A stretch of 64,000 nt of DNA from positions 68,076,001 through 68,140,000 of the forward strand of contig CM060733.1 in NCBI GenBank assembly GCA_030704615.1, written 5' to 3'. The notes under the pieces were generated by a model. It ran no database searches. It was not told the DNA's origin and saw only the letters and a program-made list of their open reading frames with translations. How positions within the stretch are numbered: the first letter of the stretch is position 1; each line of letters opens with the position of its first letter. This document shows, in pieces, positions 11,801 to 24,425 of the stretch. A program made the translations under genes and the position numbers. The DNA is from Takakia lepidozioides (taxonomy: Eukaryota > Plantae > Bryophyta).

Positions 11801-13043
11801 CAGTGGGGCTTGGGGCCGGACAGGCAGGAAATGCTGATGCGGACTGCCTCCAGATCGAAGAATCCTCGGAAGTGGGTGGCAGCCTTGCGAGAGGGCCTTC
11901 GGGACACGCCATTGCTTCGAAGAGGCCAACACTTGGAAGGAGATGTTCACACCCGTCCAGTGAGACGAAGATTTGACGAGGCACTTGATGGAGAAGAGGA
12001 TTCATGGCGAGCTGACAAGAATATTCGCACGCTCCCTCGTGGTCCCGTGATGTTGCCCGAAGAGGTCTCGTCGAGCACCGCAAGTCCTACACGTTCAAGA
12101 TCGCCATCTCCTTTGAGCACATGGCACGTGCCCGAGGAACATAACGAGCCATCTGTAGTAACGCAGTACAACATACCCATTGTGGAGACAAGAGTGTCAG
12201 AGTCACAGTGGAGAATTGGAAGGACATTGCCGGCATTTCGAGGGAAGTGCTGCGCCATCCGGGTGGATACGAGAGCACGCTGTGGTGAGATGATTCGGAG
12301 GAACCCTCACGGTGCTGTACCTGCACCTTGTTTCAACGGCAGATTTTTGACTCCCACATTTGCTCACGCCACAATGCAGACGTTTTGGTTCTGTAGGCAC
12401 GACATAATGACTTGTGTATTTGGCAAGCCCAAGTATGGGATTTAGGGAATGCCGGAGCCTCCGGGCGTCTGGCCTGTTTGCACCGGGTTGCAAGCTCTCT
12501 CAGAATGAGGCGGATGCTCTTTCTGCAGCAGGATATTGAATGGTGCAACGTACAGACGTCCCGGCCCACGCATTTCCATTTCCTCAGACCCAGCCATTGC
12601 AGACTGCTCGGTCCAGTAGAGACGGATTGGACAATTCTGCACATCCCACAATGCGATTCGGAAGAGTGAAGAGACGACACCCTCCCAACAAGTTGAATGA
12701 AATTCGGATTGTCAATGCTTTTGGGATGGCTTGTACTATTCAGAGCTCCGTGGACGTACCCCCACCCGGCCTTGGGCGTGTTTATCGGATGGCAACGGCC
12801 GGCTCAGCTGTACGCGACGACGTATACACAATTACGATTGGAGTGGAACCGACTTGCAATTGTACGGACTTCTCGTTGATGGAAGCAAAGAAAGGTTCAA
12901 AGTATTATCCGTGCAAACATCTGTATTACATTTACCTGAAGAGGTTGAGGATGAACTTGACTATTGATGACTTTATTCATGCACCAGCGTTGAGCGTGAA
13001 CGAGCTGCACAAACTCCTCCGCCGGGATTCCAGAAATCATTGA
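11801..13043 (+). pseudogene. C-terminal part of a MULE-like transposase with SWIM zinc finger
   Basis: Y.ITIG..PTCNCTDF...YYPCKHLYYIY is a SWIM CxC-xn-CxH finger. Stop at 12443 and a frameshift upstream of the finger. Confidence 0.8.
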
Positions 13044-14218
13044 TGGGGCAAAAGGAATCCACCATATGGATATTTTCAATTGCATTTTGATGCATTAGAT
13101 TTTGTTTTGCAGTGTAATGAAATGCACCCCAAAACTCCTGGAATGAGACAGACAATATTAAAGTAATATCTTTTAAACACTATGGACTGCTGGATATCCG
13201 TTGACGTCTAGTGGCAATTCCATGTCGAAACAAAATCAATACTAAGATGGCGGCAGGAAAAATTTGAAAATCTTCCAGAAAACTGAGTTCCAACAGTAGC
13301 AGTTGTGGGGGCCATTTCTGGAAAAATGGCGCCGAATTTCCCTATTTTGGGCCGAAAACTGGCTAAGTCCCAACATGCACGGGAACGATGTCTGGAAAAA
13401 TGGCGTTGAATTTCCACTTACATGGCCCAGAACTGCCCAACATTTGTGCAATCCCCGGCACCATGTACCAAAATTCGACGCCACATTTCCAAATTTTGGG
13501 CTTACACACCTGCCGTGTTGGGACCTATAGCCGCAAAATTCGGCACCATTTTTCGCCGAAGACACTTATTACCGCGAAATACGTCACAGATTTCTCCGGT
13601 TGCGGAACCTATTACCGCGAAATTCGGCGCCATTTTTGCAAATGTCGCTCGGAATTCGCATGAGCGAAAGACGAAATATCATGAGCATGGCTCTCAAAAC
13701 TACAATTTTTCCTTCAAACAATGAATATTATATTGGTTTTTTCTGACACATTCCATTAAATTAATGTTTTTAATGTTTTTTTAATTTCCGGAATTTGTAC
13801 TTCTGCTCATGAAAACCGATTGTATTGTTACCATGCTCGTGAAATAGCTAACCTCTTCCCTCGCTGTACTTGTTCGCTATCGGTCTCTTGCGCAAGTGTG
13901 CACTGCAGCCCTATAGTTCATTACTGCATGTTAGCCACACCTTACCGTGGGCCCAGGATATGTAGATTCTTGGCACCTTGACTTCAGAATTTTTTGCTTG
14001 ATTATGACCTGTTGTTCTACGAGCCCACATACTCATGCGGGTATGCTTTAGGACCGTGTAGGTGAGATTCTTCCGGAGCTATTAGGGTTTTGTGCTTAAA
14101 TGTGTTTTGCTAGCTCTTTGAATGTCCAAGTTTTCCAGACTTAAAGGACAATTATTTTCTTAAGGTTGATCAGATTGCGGCAGATGAGGGCAGGTTTAAA
14201 GGTGTATTCCCAGTCTAT

Positions 14219-14259
14219 CCCCAAACTAGTTTCGCTCAGCAGGTGAGCTCATCAGTGGG
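14219..14259 (-). ncRNA. Minimal type I hammerhead ribozyme (copy 2, GUU site)
   Basis: CCCA-CUGAUGA-GCUCA(CCUGC)UGAGC-GAAACUAGUU^UGGG. Confidence 0.85.
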
Positions 14260-14558
14260 AAAGAGAAGGAAAAAAGATACAATGTGCACCCGTCTGCACC
14301 CAGCTTATATACTGCTGAAAGTGAACTTGTCTCGGGGGGGAAGAAAATATCTAATGGATGGAAAACATCCAAAATTGTCTCGGCTAGAGAGATCATCCAA
14401 CACATGAAAACTTAAGATGAAAAACATCCAAAGTTTTCTCGGTAGGAGAGAAATATCCAACGCATGAAATTCTAGATGAAAAACATCATAATGTTCTCTC
14501 TAAAATGGATAATCATCCAGACTAGAAGCTAACTGCATGTCTCAAATACAACTAGCAT

Positions 14559-15480
14559 CTAGATTTGTAACTTAGCACGAACTAGATAGGAACGCAAGTT
14601 CCGTGCCCTCTTCCAACATACCATAGGTCTGTCAAAGGACGCTAACTGCGGAACTTTCAAAAAGCCCTCATGAAGTTTAGGATTTAGGACTCCCCCAAAG
14701 CTTAGAGCTTGAGTATAATGCGAATGCTCAAGTTTCAGAACCAAGGGGGCCCGCTTGCCCGTCAACTTACGAATGGACTCTGAAATCAACAGTGTAGCAC
14801 GCTGTGCATAATCACAAAGCATAAAACACTCCAAGATAAAATACTTTGGATAGCCTCGAGCACGCAATCGCTCATAGAACAGTTGCCTAATCTCAGAAAA
14901 ACCTGCACGTGTGCTCTCCCTCAAAGTGTAACGTCGTAATTCGCCCATGATGAATGCTCGTTTTTGGTGTCGTGGATGACACGAGGTCCATGGCAAATAC
15001 TGGTATCTGTTGAGTGTCTTTTGATGTCATCTCGAAGATAAAATCCCATGGTTGACAAAATCAACTCCCTTGAAGAACTGAATATCAAGAATGTCAACCG
15101 TAGACTCAGAGATTACCCTTTGAATCCGAATTGTGGGACTAAGAGAGTTGTATCCATTGAGCCAAGCCTCCAAACTTGCCTGAGATCCTGCCCAAATTCC
15201 AAATCCATCATCAATGTATCTCTTGTAGTATAGAGGCCACATACCTCCTCCAGCACCAGCCAACTCTTTTTCTAAGCTACAAAGAAAGAGACAAGCATAA
15301 ACAACAGCAAAGTTGCTACCCATTGCCGTGCCTCGGATCTGATGCCAAAAGCTTGAGCCAAATTGAAGATAGTTATTCTCCAACACCGTGCGAGAAAGAC
15401 TCACGACGAATCTTTCAAACCGAGGTGACTTGAACTTGCCGACAATCATCTCCTTCAATCGTTGAAGCCCGTCCCCAGTA
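14559..15480 (-). pseudogene. Penelope-like element reverse transcriptase, 5'-truncated, no C-terminal GIY-YIG
   Basis: QIRGTAMGSNFAVVYACLF, YKRYIDDG and LDI motifs, then YLPWTSCHP..K..FI.GEL.RY...L.ARGYP, ending LRSYLVRAKLQI*. One internal stop at 15027. Confidence 0.9.
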
Positions 15481-16217
15481 GGGTTTAGGGTTTATAAAAG
15501 AGTGGAGACAAATGTAGCAGTGCAACAGGATGCGGACCGCGAATGCACCGGGTGCAATAAGAACACAATCCGAACCAAAAAGTTTTTAGGGGAGGCCGAA
15601 TATGGGCGCCTTGAAAAAACTTGTAGATATCTAGATCCTGGGAATCAAAACTAATAGCGTTGATCCAGAGAGACAGAAAGCTAGAAAAGAAGTGATGTTG
15701 AGATGTTCTAAGATGCAACTGCAAAGATATGCAAAGAGACAAATATATGTGATTGAAACTATTTCACTGAGATGACAGGAGAATAGTACCCTATCTCTTT
15801 TGCTAGAGAATAGACACAGTAGAGAACGACTTAGATGCTCATCTAACATGCAACACTCGAGAAGGAGTTTAAAGCATGCAATAGATGATAGCAAACCTAA
15901 GGCTCAACAGCATAGAAGAAACATTGAGACAAGAACCCTTAGATGTAGAATAGTAGCCAATCTTTATAAAGTCCCACACTAGTTTCGCTCAACAAATGAG
16001 CTCATCAGTGGGAGAGAAATGAAATGAGGTACACATAGCCTCACCCCCAGCTTATATACTGCTGTAAGGGGTTGTCTCAAATGGGCACAAGACCAAAATA
16101 GGTAAAAGAAAGTTATTTCTATGTCTGGAATAGGAATTTTTATTTTTTTTTGTGTCTAAGAAATAACTTTATGCCTAAATAGAAAAAAGATAACTTTTAA
16201 AGCCTAAAACTGGCTTG
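15478..16217 (-). mobile_element. PLE 3'-terminal unit with a telomeric tail
   Basis: TATA, hammerhead and ~480-nt tail ending AAACCCUAAACCCUA (plus strand TAGGGTTTAGGGTTT, 15479-15493). Confidence 0.8.
15973..16012 (-). ncRNA. Minimal hammerhead ribozyme (copy 3; GUG triplet, probably inactive)
   Basis: CCCA-CUGAUGA-GCUCA(UUUGU)UGAGC-GAAACUAGUG-UGGG. The triplet violates the NUH rule. Confidence 0.75.
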
Positions 16218-17310
16218 ACAAAAGATTGGAACTATAAATGTAGCAGTACAACAAATGTGAACCGCGAATGCACCAGGTGCAATAGTAGCACAGTGCAGAC
16301 TCAAATTTTTTTAGGGGGAGCCAGTTATGCTCTGAAAAAACCTTCAAGATATCTATAGAAAAACTCAAAGAGATGATTCTGAAGACACAAAGGTAGGATA
16401 TGAGTGATGTTGATATGTTCTAAAGTGCAATTGCAAAGACATGCAAATGACTAAAGTGTATGACTGAGACTGTTTCACCGTAAATACAGGATAACAGAAA
16501 CCTATCTCTTATGGAAGAGAAAACACACACTAGAGAACAAACCTAGCAGCAAATGCAAGACTAGACAGACAGTCTAAACAATGCAACTGTAAGGTACAAC
16601 AACACAAATGAGAAAGTGAGACAAAACACACTTATATGCAGAATACTAGCAAATCTTTATAAGCTCCAGACTAGTTTCGCTCAAAATCTGAGCTCTTCAG
16701 TGGGAAGAAAAAAATGGAGTGAAGTACAATGAGTCTCACCGCCAGCTTATATATTGTCGAATAAGTGTTGTCTAAAAAAAAGCATAAGATAAAAAGACAA
16801 CTAAAAACATCTTTTAGCCGATAAAATGTTTTTTTCTAAAAAAAAAAAAAATTCTTTTTTCCAACTTATGCCTGTAAGCCAAGAATATCTCCTTCAATAT
16901 AATTGACTCTATTGTAACTTAGCACGAACTAAATATAAACGTATATTTCTCGTTTTTTTTCCAACAAACCATAGGTTTGTCAAAAGATGCTAACTGCGGA
17001 ACTTTAAAAAGATGCTCATGCAGTTTAGGGTTTAGGACTCCCCCAAGGTTTAGAGCTTGAGTATATCGAGAATGCTCAAGTTTCAGAACCAAGGGGGTCC
17101 GTTTACCCATCAACTTACGAGTGGATTCTGAAGCTAACAGTGTAGCCCGTTGTGCATAGTCACATAGTCTAAAACACTCTAAGATAAAAAACTTCGGATA
17201 GCCTCGAGCACGCAATCGTTCATAGAACAGTCGTCGATCTCTGAAAAACCTGCACATGTGCTTTCTCTCAAAGTGTATCGCCGTAGCTCACCAATGACGA
17301 ATGCTCGTTT
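16218..17310 (-). mobile_element. Second 5'-truncated PLE: RT C-terminus, 3' UTR, hammerhead and tail
   Basis: 16909-17310 encodes a paralogue of the 14559-14970 RT C-terminus (LFYERLRARGYPK.FILECF..CDYAQR...RAKLQ*). Confidence 0.88.
16665..16704 (-). ncRNA. Minimal type I hammerhead ribozyme (copy 4, GUC site)
   Basis: CCCA-CUGAAGA-GCUCA(GAUUU)UGAGC-GAAACUAGUC^UGGA. The N7 position tolerates A. Confidence 0.85.
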
Positions 17311-17548
17311 TATAAAAGAGTGGAGACAAATGTAGCAGTGCAACAGGATGCAGACCGCGAATGCATCAGGTGCAATAAGAACACAATCCGAACTAAAAAG
17401 TTTTTAGGGGGGGCCGGGTATGGGCGCCTTGAAAAAACTTGTAGATATCTAGATCCTGGGAATCAAAACTAATAGCGTTGATCCAGAGAGACAGAAAGCT
17501 AGAAAAGAAGTGATGTTGAGATGTTCTAAGATGCAACTGCAAAGATAT
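17308..17548 (-). mobile_element. Short PLE 3'-tail copy
   Basis: Near-identical to 15491-15729. Confidence 0.85.
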
Positions 17549-18189
17549 ACTACAGTTAATACATGTGCATAGCATGCATCACTTTTGTGTGTTTGGGTGA
17601 TTGTGCCTTACCTCTACATAACTTGCAGAACATATGTGATGTAGAGTTCAAAGGATCCACTTATCAACTGAAGCAATGGTCATTCCGGATGGTGAAGCAC
17701 TATGATTTATACTTCCTTGGGGAGGAGTCTCCAAAGAAATAGTAACAACTAGGCATGTATGTACATAAAAGACTAACTATGATAAGTTATATATATGGTT
17801 TTATTGCGGGTAGAAAATGATTATATATGCAATTTTTTGGAATACACAATACAATCGTATGAGGCATTTCTCAAAGATACAATCTTTATCTCGGTAATCT
17901 AGTTCCTATGGAAGTCAAAATTACTATAAAATATAAAATATGAGGTGTATTTTTTCCAAAATATTATTATCTAAAGCGTATTTTGAGTCAGTGACAATAC
18001 ATTAACTTATATTCCCCCTATTATCACAATTAATTAATTAATTAAATTTTCAGTTCTAAGATTATAACTTTCAATATACTTAAAACCATGTATAGAAAAG
18101 GAACATTACAAGACAAATGAGTTATAGCAGTTTAGTAATGTACAAATTCAATTGACCAATTTGAAGTCGTTTGGTTAAAGTCCACAAAG

Positions 18190-21100
18190 AAAAAACATTC
18201 AATATTTACACGCGGCATGTTGTCATTTGCAACATTTTTGTTTGTGATACTTATTGTATAATATAGAAGTACATAAATATATTAATGATACATATATACA
18301 ACGTCTACAACTCTGACAACCTATGCTATCTGAGGTTATATATAAGGTCTTATTGATTATACGATATACTTATAAATGACCTACATAATATTGGGGGTTA
18401 CATGTACATTGTAAAAACCCTAACTGTCAACGTTTTTCATCCAGCACATGTGCATCATCCAACGCACCGACGTCATGATGATCACCTGAGATCATCCATG
18501 GACCATCCATCCATCCATCCATCATCCATCAACCGACATCATCAATCATCCACTGACATCATCCACCGCACAAACATCATCTTGCGCACATTTAACATCC
18601 AAAGCACCTTTATCATTGTGTGCCATTTGTTTTTTATACTGCATGTTTAAAGACCTGGCCAACTGCAAAAATGCGTTTCGTCAGTGGTGGGTCCTCCATC
18701 GTCATGTGTCATTTGTTGTTTATACTTTTCTAAGCATGGACCCGAATAGCATAGATGCCTTCAATTAGTGGTAGAGATGTCATGAATCAGCGTTGGGTCC
18801 TTGATCTGGTGGTCTTTTCTGAAGCTGTTGGGGAGAAACTATTTATATTAGCGACCATGTGCACTGCGCTTCTAGTATCTACAAAGGCATCGAGGGAGGG
18901 AGTTTCACGGATTGGGGCATCCAGAGTGGTGCTGGTAGAAGTTCCCTGAAATGGAGTAGTTTGTCGGCAGGAATTTTGTGAATCGGATGGTACAAAAAGG
19001 TTGTACTTTGAAGACTGGTGGCTGCGTACACTACTATCACTTTGATGAATCGTGCATTTTTTGTCTCTTTCTGTACACACAAGCTTTAGAGCAAAATGCA
19101 TGATTCATCAATAGAAAAGCAGTGAGTTTTGAAACTGCTGTTTGACCACACTACTGCTGGTGAGGGCTATATCAGTATGCTCCGGGATGTGAAGTAGAAT
19201 TTAGGGACAGGTTCTTCAAACCTAGTCATCTTCCGGATTCTTGGACTAACAGTTGATGTTTTTTCCTCGAATTCAAGGTAGGTTCTTCACCTATCATGAA
19301 GCTCCAGATCAACCCTTCAACCTGCACAACACCTTAACAATAACCATAATATCCTCTGTAGGCTCATGTGTGGTCTGATTTCGCAGTTAAGTTCCAATTC
19401 AAAGAGTGCAGCCGATGTACCATGTTATCATCCATTCTATTTAATTTCTTTAAATTCCAGTTCCCTGTCCACGTTGAACTGGGCGCCATTATGTAAAATT
19501 GAATTTGTTAAGTCTTGTATGTATTTATGAATGATGCTATATAATATTTTATATACATAAGAAAGGAATTCATAAATATTTTTAATTATTTTCTTGACAA
19601 AAAAAAAATATTAACCTCAATAATTCATTGTAGTGGATTAGGTGACAGACATCAAGCGTTTCCTACGAATGGCTCAAAATTCAAATGCGTTACGTTGCAG
19701 CGTGGTTTTCAATTCATATTTGTACAATGCCTAAGTCTCTAGTTGATTTTGTCGTCGGGGTGTGTAAATCAGAATGTCACATGTAAATGATGTTGCACCA
19801 GTCCCACGAGGAGTTGAAATCATGAAGAGAAATTGATTGTCTCTTTTCAAAATATCTAATCTAATAGATGCAAAACACACATCCCTCGTTTTATCTCTTT
19901 TAACAAACATATAAACAAAAATCATGTGCAAAGCTATTGTGGTCGGTGGATCTTTATGAGATCGGACACGCTTACAACAACTTTTCCATAAGTGCTAGAG
20001 AGCTATGACATGGCAACACGAGAACTCCTGATGCATCAATCAGATGCAACTCCATCCAAACAGGACAAAGGTTGAGTTACTCAAATTAAAAAAATAGAGG
20101 AAAAAATGAAACATGGCCATAATGTAATATTAATTGAAGAAGATTTTAAAATTGAACTGCATGTCATTTCTAGCCATGTGATATAGGTAGACCCCGCCCA
20201 TTCATTTACTTTTGGGTTTTAGTACTTCAATGTGCAAAGAAACATTGTTTTTGGGATTTAGGTGGGTGGGCATACCTTTATGTAGTCTAGTGGAGGAGAC
20301 GATAGCCCCATGAAGAAAAAGCACACAATATTTACAAGTGACATGTTGTCATTTGCAATATATATACATATATATATTTTGTGACGTTGCTTGTTTGTAT
20401 AAGTACTTCATCTTGGTTATATGATATACTTATTATAAATGACCTACATAATATTGGGGGGTACATGTGTCATGTACATTGTAGAAATGAAAATTAAATT
20501 ATTAAATATTATACGTATTTATAAATGATGCTATATAATTTTTTTTATTTCGTTTGTCACATCGTTGTGATTTTTTATTGAGAACATTGCATTGCATGTC
20601 TAGCAATATAAAACATTCTAAGTTTTATGAGCACAGTATTTCAAACATTTATAAGTATTTAAGTACAGAAATGCATTGACTATATATCTATACATCATCT
20701 CTAAATCATGCAACCTATGTATAGGTCACTCAGGATATTTTTGAGTTCATATGATACACATAAATGATCAATATAACAATAGGAGGTGCATGTTAGAACT
20801 TAGAATGAATATTGAATTATAAAACGAATCTGCATATTAAAATGATATTTGCTATTCATTTTTTCAATTTGATCTCCCAAATCCACGTGTTTAAAAAAAA
20901 AATTAAAACAACTTATGCACAACAATGAAAAATATTCTACTTATGAGACTCTATACTCATAAATGATCAATATAATAATAGAAGGTACATGTAAGAATGA
21001 ACAGGGAATTGTGATATTTTATATGCATTTAAGAAGGCTGTTATAGAATAGATTTTAATTGGATCTGTCACATATTTGTAATTATTTTTAGTTAAAAATA

Positions 21101-21615
21101 TTTCACTGCATATCTGTCAATACAAAAATTCCAAGTATTATGAACAAACTAGAAAACTATAGAGTATACGTGCACACATGTTATTAGATCCAATTGTTCT
21201 TTATCACAATTCCTATGCATCCATCCTATGCATAGGTTACTCATAATCTTCTCAAATTCATGGGATACAAATAAATGATATATATATAATAATAATAATA
21301 GAAAATACGTGTACGAGTAATTATTTAAATTATGAAATCTTCTCTGCATTTTAAAATTATTTTTTATTTTTTTTATAATCCGGTCTCACACATCTTGTAT
21401 TTTTAATTAAAAATAACTTATTGCAGGACAATGAAAATATTCTACTTATGAGACTCTGTACACATAAATGACCAATATAATAATAGAAAACACATGTAAG
21501 AGTGAACACTGAATTGTGATATTTCATATGCATTTAATAAGGCTGTTATAGGATAGATTTTAATTCAATCTCTACCCTTTGTGATTTTTTAATTCACAAT
21601 ATTTTATTGCATATC
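18190..21615. repeat. AT-rich region with degenerate dispersed/tandem duplications
   Basis: CATGTTGTCATTTGCAA and TATAAATGACCTACATAATATTGGGG occur at ~18215/18371 and ~20342/20434. The AAATGA.CAATATA.TAATAG block occurs at ~20762, ~20961 and ~21466. Confidence 0.65.
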
Positions 21616-24425
21616 TCATATATATATATATAAGAAATTAGGTTGTGCCAATTTGAACTAAGTTGTTCCAACAATGTGGCGTCGCCTCCCTTAGTGGCCC
21701 CACTAATCTTGTTGGCGCCACTAAGGTTGGCGCCACCTCTTTAGTGGCGCCACCAACCTTGGTATTTGAAGACATTGTCGCAGTGGACGTATAAGAAAGC
21801 TTTCTGGTTGGGCATCGACGGTCGTTGCCATATACACTGCAGTACCTCTTCGCGCACTCGAAAGCACCTGCAATACGACTTGGAAAAGTGGAAGCGAAGG
21901 ATGACAGTACGCACGTTCTTGGCAAGAGAGAAGCGCGTTGGCAGGAACAGACCAGAGGGAGGAAAAGATCGATGAAACAGTCTTCGCCCACAATTGGCAG
22001 CGGCTGCCATGCCCTAAATCTGGGTGCAGTGCGGCATCACGGTAAGATGGGCGCCACATCATCTTGGGTGCGTTTGGGTCTGCCGGATCGGGCTGCTTGG
22101 CGGCAGACCCACCAGCAGGCAGATCGAGCTTGGGCAGACCCCAGCCCGAGCAGACCCACTGGGGACCCCACGGCGGGCGGAGGCCGCGTTCTTGGGGCAG
22201 GCCGGGCGGCGTGCGAAGCTGCCGACGGGTTCAAGTCCTTTAAAAGCCGCCCCTTTCCTTTTAGTTACAGCAAGCAGGTGGGGGTGGGCGGGGCGGGGGA
22301 GGGCGACCCCGCGTCCGTGTGGACGTGCGCGCCCTGTCCCCACACGCGAGACATAAACTCCCAATTATTCAAAAATGAGAGGCTGATTTTACATGTTTAA
22401 GAACATTGTGTAGTTACAAGTGACTGGTTGTATAAAAGTTAAATTTTGAATATTTTTATTTTTATTTTTTTTTAATAATAAACATGTGTTGATTTAATTC
22501 GTACAGTAATATAACTTTTAATTATTCTAATAAGGTTTATTGTGAGCCAGGATTTTTTTTTTTTTTTTTTTCCGGGGTTTTAATTTTTTCCCCCATCAAA
22601 TAATTTATAATAAATATATCAGGGATATAACCCCCTGTTCTATAAATAAAATAAAATAAAATAAAATAAAAAAGGTTATGACTAAAAAGATTAATACTAA
22701 AAATAACTAAAAATGATTAAAATATAAAGATAAACTATTAAATCTTTTATTGCTATATGCAACTCGTTCTTCCACTTAAGTCTAGACTCAAGTGGTCTGG
22801 CATCCTTCTATCTTTTGTAACTTCATGCCGTCGGATTCGTAATGATCCAATGGTGCGGATTGAGGGTTATGACTACCCTCGAGGGAGGGAGGCTAACATA
22901 TGTGCTCGCATGGTCCCTCTCGCTCTCTCGCTCTCAGATCGCTCTTTTCTGGTCTCCGATCTGTGAGCGCTGCACTGTCATATGATCTGGTGTTTGTGTC
23001 AGGTGAGGCTAGGTTTGCGCTGCACTGTCATATGATCTGGATGCATTCATTTAGTAAGTCTTCGGACTTGTAGTGGTTGCAGCTTTACGCCTTTTCTCTG
23101 CGCCCCTTTGTCGCGTTGTGCTCATTTCAAGTGAATTTTGTGTGCTTTCTCTCTTGGTGCCTTTTGAAAACGTTGTCCGTCACTGCACTGGCTGGTTAAA
23201 CCCTAATCAGCTCAAATTCCAATTTCAGGTCGTTCAACATTGCGCTTGTAATTTCGATCGGAAGCATGGACTGGAAAGATACGTTGAAGTCACTCATCCC
23301 AAACGGTAAGAAGAGGGCAAGAATCAAGCTGAAGTTGCTCCAGCAAAACGATGAGTATCGGAATGCAATATTTGATGATGACGATGATACTGTGACAGAA
23401 ACTCTTCTTGCCCTTATTGAACCCGCTGCTGATGCAGGTGCGTTTTCTTTCCTAAAGAATGGTCAAGAAAGTGTTAGCAATTCTTGTTGTTAGCAACTAT
23501 CTTTATTATTTTGATGCTTATGAGATGCGTGGGTCTTTTGACAGACACGGTTGTTTGTTATTTATATGTGGAATTCTGGTTGTGCACTACATGATAGATG
23601 CAACTCAACAACATGGGATGATGGTTAGAGTGTGAGATCGCGTTGCCTAGGCCAGTCTGAGCTTGTCTTTTTTTATGTCATAAAGTTTGATGATGAGGAG
23701 GCTCCTTTAATTGTTGTTATTTCGTTCAGTTGTTTTCCGTTGAACCCGGTGTTGTTGCTCCTAAGGTATGTGTTCCTTCGTAGGGTTAGCTTTGAAGGCA
23801 GCTGCATATACAGAAGGTTAGTGTTTGTTCTTGTTTTGCGAAATAGATAAAGCCTATGTGCTGAAATCATGCCGATTAGGGTTTCTTGCTTCTTGGTTGA
23901 ACGCCGTCATGTCTGTCTTCGCAGCCTACTTTCTTTGCTGCACGACATCTTGTATGATGATCTTGTATGATGACATCTTGTATGTCCCCTTAGATTTCCT
24001 TTCTAAGCTTCTCCGTCAGCTCCGTAGGGTTTGTGTTATTGTATGGCAGCGTCCAATTTATATTCTTAGTCATTTTGTTGGTTGATAGATTGTTGCGGGC
24101 AGCGCCTCCTACCCGCAGAGAATGGCTGAAGAAAAAGTTGCTGGATCATGTTCTATGGTTTTGAGTTGCCATTTGTTGAGCTTGCTGCATTGCACTGCTT
24201 CTTGGAAATGTTTGGCCGTGAACCTTTGTGGGCACTTTTCGTGCGAGGTCAGAGGGCAAGCCCTTCTGAATCTCTTCAAGCGCAGTGGTCGGTCAGATTG
24301 CGGCAGATGATGGCAGGTTTAAAGTGTTGTGTGGCCTGAAATCCTAACTCTAAACCGTCATTTTGGTAGTTCACTTGTGAGTGATTGCCGTCCTTGCATC
24401 CACTTCTATTTTTATTGTGAGGGAG

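Larger units (their letters stand above)
10585..13855 (+). mobile_element. Internally deleted Mutator-like element retaining the transposase C-terminus (SWIM)
   Basis: TIRs GAGGTTTACTATTTCATGA ... TCGTGAAATAGCTAACCTC. The left TIR equals that at 40319. QWGLGPDRQEMLMRTA (11801) matches QWGIGPDR*EMLMRTA (53848). No TSD seen. Confidence 0.8.

Noticed and set aside
15485-15894. Small ORFs in the PLE tail as real peptides
   Set aside because: Homologous tails differ by frame-breaking indels, e.g. AGGAGGGCC vs AGGGGAGGCC.
15479-15972. Genuine telomerase RNA gene
   Set aside because: Multi-copy, attached to a PLE RT, telomeric motif at the extreme 3' end rather than internal, and no recognisable plant snRNA-type USE.
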